The translations under genes and the position numbers were made by a program. A stretch of DNA of 32,000 bases from Patescibacteria group bacterium (GTDB taxonomy: Bacteria; Patescibacteriota; UBA1384; XYA2-FULL-43-10), in contig JBAYVT010000001.1 in assembly GCA_041674405.1 (NCBI GenBank), forward strand, positions 90,001 through 122,000, given 5' to 3'. Below, piece after piece: positions 17,693 to 25,929 of the stretch; positions within the stretch are counted from its first letter, which is position 1, and each line of letters begins with the position of its first letter. The notes under the pieces are model-generated. The model saw only the letters and a program-made list of their open reading frames with translations. It searched no databases and was not told where the DNA came from.

Positions 17693-18130
17693 ATGTCTGA
17701 ACAAAGAACAAAAGTTGGCGTCGGAGTAATGATTCTGCGTGGCGGTAAGATCCTTTTGGGTTTGCGGAATGAAGATGCAGAAAAAGCCAGTTCCGAACTT
17801 CATGGCGAGGGCACGTGGACAATGCCTGGCGGAAAGATGGATTTTCAAGAAAAACTGGTTGATCTTTGTTTTCGTGAAACAAAAGAGGAAACTGGGATCG
17901 AGATTGCCAAAGATAAACTAAAACTTATCAGCATTCAAGAAAACATCACCGCGGACAAGCATTTCATCACACTGGGATTTCTCTCGGAAAATTTTTCCGG
18001 AGAGCCGAAAGTTTGCGAGCCGGATGAGATCATCGAGTGGCGCTGGTTTCCAATCGCCGATATTCCGGAAAATATCTTTCCACCAAGCAAACAGGTGCTA
18101 GATCACTATTTGAATCATAAAATATTCTAA
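17693..18130 (+). CDS. NUDIX hydrolase
   Basis: Nudix box [24 protein letters not shown]. Confidence 0.93.
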   Translation: MSEQRTKVGVGVMILRGGKILLGLRNEDAEKASSELHGEGTWTMPGGKMDFQEKLVDLCFRETKEETGIEIAKDKLKLISIQENITADKHFITLGFLSENFSGEPKVCEPDEIIEWRWFPIADIPENIFPPSKQVLDHYLNHKIF

Positions 18131-18468
18131 AATTTTTTCTCAGTATATTCTTTGATGGCAACAGCATTATTGTGCTCGGTATCTTTTGCTGCGAATAACA
18201 GGGTAATATTTTTGTGCTTTTTCAAATTTTCAAGCTCTCCCCTATTCGACTCAAGTTCTAAAAAATATTTCTGTTTGAATTCTGACCATTTGTCATCGTT
18301 GTGGCCGAACCACTTTCGAAGCTCGTTTGACGGCGCAATCTCCTTGAGCCAAAGATCAATTTTCGCTTCTTCTTTTTTTATTCCCCTTGGCCACAACCGA
18401 TCAACTAGAACTCGAAAGCCGTCATTTCTACTCGCTGGTTCATAAATTCGTTTGAGAATAATATCCAT
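18127..18468 (-). CDS. DUF488 family protein
   Basis: [54 protein letters not shown]. Confidence 0.92.
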   Translation of the reverse strand: MDIILKRIYEPASRNDGFRVLVDRLWPRGIKKEEAKIDLWLKEIAPSNELRKWFGHNDDKWSEFKQKYFLELESNRGELENLKKHKNITLLFAAKDTEHNNAVAIKEYTEKKF

Positions 18469-18528
18469 AATAACAGAATAAAATAAATTCGAGTGTATTG
18501 CTAGAACAAAATTTCCAAAATCAGACCC

Positions 18529-19452
18529 TTATAATGTTGGAGTTGGTTGAAAACGATTTTTGAAATTATCAATCAGTTTTTGGAAAAATCCGATTGGCGA
18601 TTTGCAAGTCGAATTAAACATTTGGATATCTTCACTTGATAGCATTGGGTCAGACAAATTTTGAGCTCCCAAGATTGAATACATTATTGAAGTATCAATC
18701 GCATCATGCCCAAGTGAAAGAGCGTGCCCTAGTTCGTGCATCAGAACCAAGCGTAATTCCTCACTGTTGCCAAATGTGAAAATATCAATTTTAGGATCAG
18801 CTGGATAATATAGCCCCGATGTAATAATCTTATTTTGGTCTGTACTAATTTCATTGTTCAACTGGCCCAAATTGGAATTATGGTCGTTAATTTGGATATT
18901 TAGAAGGCTGATGTAATCATTAATTTGCGAACGCCTTTTATCGAGATTGGCTTTTTCTGATTGTAATCGGGTATATACTTCCTGCGGTGCTCCGCCGTGT
19001 AAATTCCAGTATTGAACGGTTGAATTATAATCATTCAAATCAGATTCGTAACTCGTAATCATGGATTCCAATTTTGATTTTGCTGAATCAATCGCATTAC
19101 CAGAAGAATCAAGATTTGCAACCTCGGAATTTAATTTATCAACATTTGCTTGGCGCTCATCATAGACCAGGTTAATTTTTAATTTAGCTGATGAATCGTA
19201 TAAGAGAACCTGCTCGCCGGCTTCCGAATTCCAACGACTAGTTGCATCATCGGCAATTTTTGACAAGTCTGAATTTGAAATTTTAAAACGCGGATCAACA
19301 TTGCCAATGGCATACTTTACAGGAAGTTTGCATGGATTTTTCAAAAAAACAGAATATAAATAATATCCTGCCATTAAAATCAGAATCAAAAAAATTGCTG
19401 CTGGCCAAAAACTACTGCGTTTATTCGAAGTTAGTTGGATATTTTCTTCCAT
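18529..19452 (-). CDS. Membrane-anchored matrixin/M10-like zinc metalloprotease
   Basis: Zinc motif HELGHALSLGH followed by SIMY Met-turn; N-terminal TM helix then a coiled-coil-like insertion. Confidence 0.85.
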   Translation of the reverse strand: MEENIQLTSNKRSSFWPAAIFLILILMAGYYLYSVFLKNPCKLPVKYAIGNVDPRFKISNSDLSKIADDATSRWNSEAGEQVLLYDSSAKLKINLVYDERQANVDKLNSEVANLDSSGNAIDSAKSKLESMITSYESDLNDYNSTVQYWNLHGGAPQEVYTRLQSEKANLDKRRSQINDYISLLNIQINDHNSNLGQLNNEISTDQNKIITSGLYYPADPKIDIFTFGNSEELRLVLMHELGHALSLGHDAIDTSIMYSILGAQNLSDPMLSSEDIQMFNSTCKSPIGFFQKLIDNFKNRFQPTPTL

Positions 19453-19528
19453 ACCAAAATTATATCGCCTTTGGAATTAGCATAAAAGATATTGAATAAA
19501 TAATATTCGGGGAGGGGCTCGCGTGATG

Positions 19529-19846
19529 CTAACCCCTGGGTCTCCCTCCGGCCAACGCTACGTGGCAGATCCCCTCGGAGCAGACGGGTATCTCAACGAT
19601 TGTTGGCTTCTCCGGGTCATCGGATGGATACCTTACGAGCAAGATGAGTTGGCCGTCAGTGGCGTAGCTGGTGCTGAGCACCGCTGTCACAAGACCGAAT
19701 ATATCTTCTCGCACGCTCGGGATCCACACTTCATCACCCGGAGAGAAATGCCTGACACCGCGTAGCCGGGATGGCACCAGATTTTTAGCCACGAGGGCAT
19801 TTTTCTGCGCCACCCAGCCATTCTGGGCACCTAAAGATGCGAGCAC
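19529..19846 (-). CDS. Hypothetical protein, GC-rich
   Basis: 105 aa, GTG start with an AAAGGGG-type Shine-Dalgarno about 10 nt upstream. No recognised family. Confidence 0.5.
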   Translation of the reverse strand: MLASLGAQNGWVAQKNALVAKNLVPSRLRGVRHFSPGDEVWIPSVREDIFGLVTAVLSTSYATDGQLILLVRYPSDDPEKPTIVEIPVCSEGICHVALAGGRPRG

Positions 19847-19937
19847 CTGGTGCTCACCCCTTTCCGTATGTCTAGCGTTATGTTTACTCTATACGAAAAT
19901 TGACTTTTGTCAACAAAATTAATAGTTCTAGAACTGT

Positions 19938-20654
19938 TTATATTGCAAATTTGATAGCAAGATAGATCACGGCCATACCGAGAATTGTCATGATAGTAGT
20001 CAGGAAACGTGGGTGGCGATGATGGGATTCGGGCACAAGATCAGATGCACCGATGTAAAGGAAAAAACCACCAAAAACAGCAAGAATCAAACCCAGAGTA
20101 CTTTCAGATACACTAAAGAAAAATGTCGAGAGAACGCCAAAAACCGGTGCAAGAGCATCGAATAGGAGTAATGTGAATGCCGTTTTTGATTTGCCGCGGT
20201 TTTTCAGAATGAAGTTGACGGTATTTATGCCATCGGAAAAATCGTGGGCAAGTACAGCCACAGCAACGACGATGCCGACAACCGGCGAAACCTTGAATGC
20301 CAGACCGATTCCAAGGCCATCGAGAAAACTATGAATTATGAGAGTAATTGCTCCAGCTAAGCCATTATGATTTTCATCTTTATGCTCATGATCACCATGC
20401 GCATGAATGACTAAAATGCGATCAAGTATCATAAAAAGTATGAAACCAATGGCAATGAATGTGGTTGCCAGCGATGAGTCATATTTTTCTGAAACCAATT
20501 CGATTGATTCCGGCAAAAGATCGAAAAGCGCCACACCAACCACCGCACCAGCAGAGAACCCGAGAATGATATGAAGTTTGTCCTTGAAACGAAGAGCAAA
20601 TAGCCCGCCAAGCAATGTGGCAAAGAATGTCGCGATCGCGAATGCAATAATCAT
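19938..20654 (-). CDS. ZIP family metal transporter
   Basis: HSFLDGLGIGLAF and HDFSDGINTV motifs, His-rich loop HAHGDHEHKDENHNG. Confidence 0.93.
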   Translation of the reverse strand: MIIAFAIATFFATLLGGLFALRFKDKLHIILGFSAGAVVGVALFDLLPESIELVSEKYDSSLATTFIAIGFILFMILDRILVIHAHGDHEHKDENHNGLAGAITLIIHSFLDGLGIGLAFKVSPVVGIVVAVAVLAHDFSDGINTVNFILKNRGKSKTAFTLLLFDALAPVFGVLSTFFFSVSESTLGLILAVFGGFFLYIGASDLVPESHHRHPRFLTTIMTILGMAVIYLAIKFAI

Positions 20655-20693
20655 AACTCTACATTAGGTAATTTTTATTTGAATGTAAATAGA

Positions 20694-20723
20694 GGTAAAA
20701 ATAGCCTTGCGGCTATTTTTACC
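20694..20723 (-). terminator. Intrinsic terminator between the DUF1254 and ZIP genes
   Basis: GGTAAAAATAGCC-TTGC-GGCTATTTTTACC, a 13-bp perfect stem. Confidence 0.85.
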
Positions 20724-20790
20724 TTATTGGGGTCAATCGTGGACGATATTAGAACCATTACACGAAAATTACAGAAGAAATATCCGCAAG

Positions 20791-22242
20791 TTATTTTGCA
20801 GGCTGAATTGCCGGTAGTTGCCAGATTTTTCCATCGAGTATGCTATCAATTTTGTCTGATTGGGGTGCAAATAGACGCCACATCACTTCAAACCCTTGGC
20901 CACTAGCGGTCGGAAGCCAGTTGTTTTGTTTTGCCGAATCCGTAGGTTGTTCTGCCTGTAAATAGAAGTCGATTGAGCCATCGGAATTGGTTGAAAGCTC
21001 CGATGAATTGGTGAAGGCATAGCGGTTCAGCGAATTTGGAATCATCCCTCCCTTGAGATTATAAACTGTCAACGACCACCCTTCGCTTGTTGGCGGCGGC
21101 GTCTGCATATGCAGGACATAATTGGTTGAGCCGTCGAGCGCTTTTTTATTGTGATCGCTCCAACTTAGAGCATAAATTGCCTGGTCCGCAGTGAACGCAC
21201 CCAGGCCAACTTGAGAAACAACCGCACGCTTTTTGTAATCGGTCCCGTATTGTCCAAAACCTCCGAGCATATAGCCATTATATTTATCAAAATCCACAAC
21301 CGCTTGTTCCTCGGTGTATTTTTTAATTTGATCTGGACCGGCAGCAACAGCATCATTTAAGCCCCGCAGCACATCACTATTTAGGCGAGAATTTTCTGAA
21401 GGTTTCATGCCGGGACCAATGCCAACTTCTGCAAATTTATTTAATTCTTCTTGGTCCCTTGCTGGCGGAATAAAGAGTTGAAGTTGCTCCCCAAGCTGAT
21501 CGAAAAACTTTGCGTTGGTGGGTATTGAATATTTTGTTACTGTTGTTACTGGTTTAGATGGTGCCGATGGTTGATAGCTTGTGCCAAATTTTGAAAGCGG
21601 TGTTAAAGCATAGCCATCCTGAATCTTGTTGACGGAGGCAAGATCACTCGCTCCTTTAAGTTGTGTCGAGCCGATAACCCAGATGCGTGAATAATCCGCA
21701 TTAATTCGCTGTGCTCCTTCTGGAATCGCCACGTCTTTTTGAGAGGGATCAGCAATCACATAATCGCCCGGCTTTGTATTGCTGGCGCTGCCTAAATTTA
21801 TGAGATTCTCGGTGTAAGGATCAAGAAGGGCCAAAACAAAATAGTGATCCGTCACTTCAGGCACATGCAGAACTTGAGGCTCATCTTTAAGGTCGAGCCA
21901 GGCGATTGAAGACAAAGACGTTGCACCCGTTGCCACAACTGCCGAGCTGCCCGCATTGTTGAGTGTTCGCACATTATTAAACTGATTTGTCGGTCCGAAT
22001 GCTCCCTCAGAGACATTGACACTTGTCATGCTCTGGAACGTGGCGTTGGTCGTCATTAGTGGCAATCCATAGGTATAAGCTTCCAGACCGATTTTATATC
22101 CTTTGTCGTAGTTTGCGGTTTTTATGCGTTGCTTATAAGCTTTAGTTTGGCTAAATACTAAAAACCCAATACCTAATACCAAGATAATAATTCCAGTGAT
22201 GAGAAAAAATTTTACCTTAGATCCCTTTTTGTCTTTTTCCAT
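20791..22242 (-). CDS. DUF1254/DUF1214 domain-containing protein with N-terminal membrane anchor
   Basis: EAYTYGLPLMTTNATFQ ... LDLKDEPQVLHVPEVTDHYFVLALLDPYTENLINLG ... SWSLTVYN-like and NWLPT segments typical of this family. Confidence 0.87.
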   Translation of the reverse strand: MEKDKKGSKVKFFLITGIIILVLGIGFLVFSQTKAYKQRIKTANYDKGYKIGLEAYTYGLPLMTTNATFQSMTSVNVSEGAFGPTNQFNNVRTLNNAGSSAVVATGATSLSSIAWLDLKDEPQVLHVPEVTDHYFVLALLDPYTENLINLGSASNTKPGDYVIADPSQKDVAIPEGAQRINADYSRIWVIGSTQLKGASDLASVNKIQDGYALTPLSKFGTSYQPSAPSKPVTTVTKYSIPTNAKFFDQLGEQLQLFIPPARDQEELNKFAEVGIGPGMKPSENSRLNSDVLRGLNDAVAAGPDQIKKYTEEQAVVDFDKYNGYMLGGFGQYGTDYKKRAVVSQVGLGAFTADQAIYALSWSDHNKKALDGSTNYVLHMQTPPPTSEGWSLTVYNLKGGMIPNSLNRYAFTNSSELSTNSDGSIDFYLQAEQPTDSAKQNNWLPTASGQGFEVMWRLFAPQSDKIDSILDGKIWQLPAIQPAK

Positions 22243-22339
22243 GCCCCTCCTAGTAATGTAAATTTAAGTTCCGTTTATTAAATTGTAACCTAGCTGCAAC
22301 AAACAAAAAAGCCATACAATAAATTTATAGCCGTTTTGT

Positions 22340-22367
22340 TGGCTGGACATAGCAGATCCGGTTTGAA
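22340..22367. repeat. Imperfect direct repeat, copy 1
   Basis: TGGCTGGACATAGCAGATCCGGTTTGAA, 24/28 identical to 23474-23501. Confidence 0.7.
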
Positions 22368-22464
22368 TTTTTTATGTTCAGGATAGAATTTCTAACCCAG
22401 ATATAGCTTAACTGTTATAGAAGTGATAATCTTTAAGAACAACAATTATGTGATGGAAGTAACT

Positions 22465-23361
22465 ATGAAAATCGTGACTTTAGGTATCGATTTAAGCGAT
22501 GAGCATAAAAAAATATTAACATCTCTTGGTGATCTCGAATTGTCTGATGCGCCGGTTAGTGTTGATGATTTTTTAGAAAAAACAAGCGGGGCGGATATTA
22601 TCTATAGCGACGGCGATTATTTGCTGGATAGTTTACTTAAACTTAAGAATGTATTTATCACATATCCGTTTGTGGAACTGGGTTTGTTTGATTCTGAGGA
22701 ACTGAAAAGGAATGGAGTGTATGTAGCGAATGCACGGGGTGGAAACAAAAATTCTGTTGTCGAGTGGGTTATGTTCATGGCGCTTTCTTTATTTAGAAAA
22801 TTTATTCCGATGGTCAGAGCCAAAGAGAGTTTTCCCTTTAAACTGAATGAAAGCCTTGAAGGCAAAACAGTTTTAATCGTCGGTCATGGCTCAATAGGCA
22901 GTCAAATAGGTGCTCTGTGTGAAGCATTCGGTATGAAAACTAAATATTTTGAACGAGGTGACGATCTTTCTTCAAAAGCAAGAGATGCCGATTTAGTCAT
23001 TAATGCTTTGAACTGCAATTCCAGTAGTAAAAATTTATTGAACGAATTATTTTTTTCAAATCTCAAAAAAGGATCTTACTTTATCACCTTTGCTCGACCG
23101 TACACTTATGACATTGATGGCCTCATGAAGTCGATAAACGCAGGAATCGTCGCTGGTGCAGCAATTGATTGTGATCCCGAGTCATTTGGTGACACCAAGA
23201 ACGAATTTTATAGAAAAGCTTTTGACAATGATAAAATATTAGTTACACCACATATCGCTTTTTCAACAACAAAAGCCAGCAAAGCAGGAAAAGATCTTGC
23301 CATTAAAAATATTGAGTCATACATTAAGGGCAAACCTCAAAATATTTTAACCAAGGAATAG
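22465..23361 (+). CDS. D-isomer-specific 2-hydroxyacid dehydrogenase family protein
   Basis: KTVLIVGHGSIGSQIGALCEAFGMKTKYFER nucleotide-binding motif and VTPHIAFST. Start moved to MKIVTLG; the ORF track begins at 22423. Confidence 0.88.
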   Translation: MKIVTLGIDLSDEHKKILTSLGDLELSDAPVSVDDFLEKTSGADIIYSDGDYLLDSLLKLKNVFITYPFVELGLFDSEELKRNGVYVANARGGNKNSVVEWVMFMALSLFRKFIPMVRAKESFPFKLNESLEGKTVLIVGHGSIGSQIGALCEAFGMKTKYFERGDDLSSKARDADLVINALNCNSSSKNLLNELFFSNLKKGSYFITFARPYTYDIDGLMKSINAGIVAGAAIDCDPESFGDTKNEFYRKAFDNDKILVTPHIAFSTTKASKAGKDLAIKNIESYIKGKPQNILTKE

Positions 23362-23429
23362 TGCTCTATCTGGCCGACGGGTATCCCGACCTCTTCCTTC
23401 GGTTCGATCACGGGCTACATTCATCAAAT

Positions 23430-23471
23430 AAAAATGCGCTTAGATTTCTAACGAAACCCATGCGCATTTTT
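23430..23471. terminator. Bidirectional hairpin terminator
   Basis: AAAAATGCGC ... GCGCATTTTT, a 10-bp perfect inverted repeat with a 22-nt loop. Confidence 0.6.
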
Positions 23472-23473
23472 AC

Positions 23474-23501
23474 TGGCGGGACATAGCGGATCAGGTTAGA
23501 A
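23474..23501. repeat. Imperfect direct repeat, copy 2
   Basis: TGGCGGGACATAGCGGATCAGGTTAGAA, 24/28 identical to 22340-22367. Confidence 0.7.
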
Positions 23502-23514
23502 CTTATTGTATGAC

Positions 23515-24045
23515 TTAGATTAACTCTTGTCTGTTCAATTTCATTAAATACTCAAAGTTGCCATCTTCTGTATTCCTTACCGTTTTGAAATGTTTGAAGC
23601 CCACTTTCTCGTATGCCCTGATTGCAGCCACATTCTTCGGGTCGGGAGCGATAATACATTTTTCTACTTTAAATTGTTTGAAAGCAATTTCTTTAAGAAA
23701 TTTTTTTATTATAAACTCACCATACCCTTTATGAAGGAAGTCTTGATTACCAATAAATAAATCTACAGAAACGGCATTATCTTTGTAGTCAATTGCTTTT
23801 TTGTGGTCTGGATAATCATCCATCTGATAAGTCTGAATTAATCCGATGGGGGTTTGTTCAATATATATAATATGACAGAAGGTCGGCTTTTCGCCTGCTA
23901 TTCTTGGCAGATAGATTTCATTTATTTCTTTCATTGTTGGCGTTCCAGGCCTGAACCACTCTTTCACAAAATCTTGGTTTCGCCATTTCAACAGAAGAGG
24001 TAAATATTTTTGCTTCAATTTTTTGAACGAGATATTGCTTTCCAT
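23515..24045 (-). CDS. GNAT acetyltransferase, aminoglycoside 6'-N-acetyltransferase-like
   Basis: WFRPGTPTMKEINEIYLPRIAG, HKGYGEFIIKKFLKEIAF, PDPKNVAAIRAYEKVGFKHF. Confidence 0.87.
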   Translation of the reverse strand: MESNISFKKLKQKYLPLLLKWRNQDFVKEWFRPGTPTMKEINEIYLPRIAGEKPTFCHIIYIEQTPIGLIQTYQMDDYPDHKKAIDYKDNAVSVDLFIGNQDFLHKGYGEFIIKKFLKEIAFKQFKVEKCIIAPDPKNVAAIRAYEKVGFKHFKTVRNTEDGNFEYLMKLNRQELI

Positions 24046-24129
24046 TGTTTTATTTTAGCATAAAGATAAATGAGTCAAAACTCCACTTTGCCTTCAACAA
24101 AAAAGTAAGATGCCGAGGCATCTTTTTAA

Positions 24130-24149
24130 CCTGCCTGCCGGCAGGCAGG
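24130..24149. repeat. 20-bp perfect GC palindrome
   Basis: CCTGCCTGCCGGCAGGCAGG. Confidence 0.95.
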
Positions 24150-24210
24150 CGCACTGAATTTACACTTTATTATTATATCTTGTTATATGCTACTGAGCTA
24201 TCTTTTTCAT

Positions 24211-24228
24211 TGGCGGGATCGACCGGAC
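24211..24228 (-). repeat. Detached copy of the tRNA-Asp 3' terminus
   Basis: TGGCGGGATCGACCGGAC versus TGGCGGGAACGACCGGAC at 24390-24407 (17/18). The join to AATCTCACGCGG is at the same tRNA position as in the Pro copy. Confidence 0.88.
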
Positions 24229-24361
24229 AATCTCACGCGGCCTTCGGCCTCTCCATAGGGCTTCCGCCCTCTGGCGCTTCGCTGTCACCTCGCACGGGAG
24301 ACCAATTGTTCTCCCGACCCCACTCGTGTTCGAGTCCAGCCTTCTGCCTCCGCATAAAACA

Positions 24362-24383
24362 AAAATAGCCCAGTGGCTATTTT
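24362..24383 (-). terminator. Terminator of tRNA-Asp
   Basis: AAAATAGCC-CAGT-GGCTATTTT, followed by a U-rich stretch on the minus strand. Confidence 0.8.
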
Positions 24384-24389
24384 GCTTTA

Positions 24390-24466
24390 TGGCGGGAACG
24401 ACCGGACTCGAACCGGCGACCTCCACAGTGACAGTGTGGCGTTCTAACCAACTGAACTACGTCCCC
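24390..24466 (-). tRNA. tRNA-Asp(GTC)
   Basis: Acceptor GGGGACG/CGTTCCC, anticodon arm CCACA-CTGTCAC-TGTGG, G73 and encoded CCA. Confidence 0.95.
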
Positions 24467-24521
24467 GTGCCAATTACCAACAAATTATAACAGAATTGCA
24501 GTTCCAGATCAAGATTCTACA

Positions 24522-25061
24522 CTAATAATTCCTTACTTCCCAGATTATCATGTCGCTGTTATTGGCCACAGCTTTGTTATGATATGAAAATTCAATTACA
24601 CTATCGGGGTATTTAGAATTTATCTCAACTAATTTTTCATAATTCTCGTTACCGCAAATCGATTTTATGGTTGAAACAGCGGAGATTCCAGATTCATCAC
24701 GAGCATCGATCCGGATATTTTTGTTTTCTGTATATGTGATATCGCAATATCGCTCACTACGCACTAAATGGCACAAAAGAACTAAACTTTCAGGTGGCGT
24801 CCATTCGTGAAAATACATCAAGTTTTCTGAAAGCCCCAATATTTTTAGTTGCCCAATTCTTGCCGGAATTTCCGAAGTGTAGATTCCCTCCTGAAAATGA
24901 TTTCCCGGTCGTAGATAACGAATAGCGACAAGACCAGTAAAACCACTAGAGTACAAGTCCTCTTTTTTTCTCCAAATTCTTGTCGAATTTCCCAAATCGC
25001 CTCTCGTCAGCAGTGACACCATTTGGATTTTGTTAGAAATTTTCATGTTCAGTTTCATCAT
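24522..25061 (-). CDS. Hypothetical protein
   Basis: 179-aa ORF with no recognised family; starts near the divergent xth gene. Confidence 0.6.
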   Translation of the reverse strand: MMKLNMKISNKIQMVSLLTRGDLGNSTRIWRKKEDLYSSGFTGLVAIRYLRPGNHFQEGIYTSEIPARIGQLKILGLSENLMYFHEWTPPESLVLLCHLVRSERYCDITYTENKNIRIDARDESGISAVSTIKSICGNENYEKLVEINSKYPDSVIEFSYHNKAVANNSDMIIWEVRNY

Positions 25062-25099
25062 ATCAAAAATTTATAATCTTTCTTTGCTATAATCAGATT

Positions 25100-25855
25100 A
25101 TGAAAATTGTTTCCTGGAATGTGAATGGGATAAGGTCGGCTGGAAAGCAAGGTTTTTGGGATTGGTTTAAGAAGTGCGATGCCGATGCGGTTTGTTTGCA
25201 GGAATTGAAGATCGATGAGAACGCGATGAACGGAATCGCAAAAATTGACGGCTACCAGGCCTTTTTTAATTTTGCCGAGAAAAAGGGTTATTCGGGAGTA
25301 GCTATATACTTGCGGAATAGTTTCAATGCCGTAGCAAAAAAATTTTCTCTTGGCCTTGAGCGATTTGACAATGAGGGCAGATATATCGAGCTCGATCTTG
25401 GAGATTTTATTTTGATCAATATTTACATTCCTCATGGCGGCAGGCAAAAAGAAAATCTTAAATACAAACTTAATGTTTATGAAAAATTATTCGAAAGATT
25501 AAAGGAACTTTCCAGCCGAAAAATTATTTTGTGCGGAGATTTTAATATTGCACACGAAGAAATTGACTTGGCCCGGCCAAAAAGTAATAAAAACAATATA
25601 ATGTTTACGCCGGAAGAACGAGCGATAGTCGATCAGGTGCTGAATTCGGGATTTACGGATACTTTTCGCAAGTTTCATGATGACGGCGGTCATTATACAT
25701 GGTGGCCATGGTTAAAAAATTGCCGAGATCGCAACCTTGGCTGGCGGATTGATTATATTTTTGCATCGGATAATATTCAATCAAAGATTAGAGACGGACT
25801 AATATTTGAAAAGATTCTCGGCTCCGACCACTGCCCTATCGGGATTAAAATGTAG
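25100..25855 (+). CDS. xth: Exodeoxyribonuclease III
   Basis: MKIVSWNVNGIRSAGKQGFWDWFKKCDADAVCLQELKIDE ... GDFNIAHEEIDLARP ... WRIDYIFAS ... GSDHCPIGI. Confidence 0.96.
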   Translation: MKIVSWNVNGIRSAGKQGFWDWFKKCDADAVCLQELKIDENAMNGIAKIDGYQAFFNFAEKKGYSGVAIYLRNSFNAVAKKFSLGLERFDNEGRYIELDLGDFILINIYIPHGGRQKENLKYKLNVYEKLFERLKELSSRKIILCGDFNIAHEEIDLARPKSNKNNIMFTPEERAIVDQVLNSGFTDTFRKFHDDGGHYTWWPWLKNCRDRNLGWRIDYIFASDNIQSKIRDGLIFEKILGSDHCPIGIKM

Positions 25856-25929
25856 CAACCTGTCCCCGTACAAGACTATATTCCTACATTTTTTGCAAAA
25901 AACTTTATTGCATTTTTTCGGCAACTCAT

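Noticed and set aside
19523-19765. Plus-strand ORF antisense to the 19529..19846 ORF
   Set aside because: No better Shine-Dalgarno or family match than the minus frame. Strand choice at this locus remains somewhat uncertain.
20679-20906. Plus-strand ORF 20679..20906 (IRTITRKLQKKYPQVILQAELPVVARF)
   Set aside because: The middle looks faintly protein-like, but it runs through the terminator and the antisense 3' end of the DUF1254 gene, with no good start site. A gene remnant is possible but not supported.
24211-24383. Normal attL/attR pair of a large integrated phage or island
   Set aside because: The repeats are only 179 bp apart (119 bp in the Pro case), with no integrase or cargo gene between them, so a standard prophage or ICE does not fit. 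Only a miniature or remnant element remains possible.
24045-24426. ORFs 24045..24368 (+) and 24190..24426 (-)
   Set aside because: They run through the palindrome, the tRNA-Asp element and tRNA sequence. No independent coding evidence was seen.
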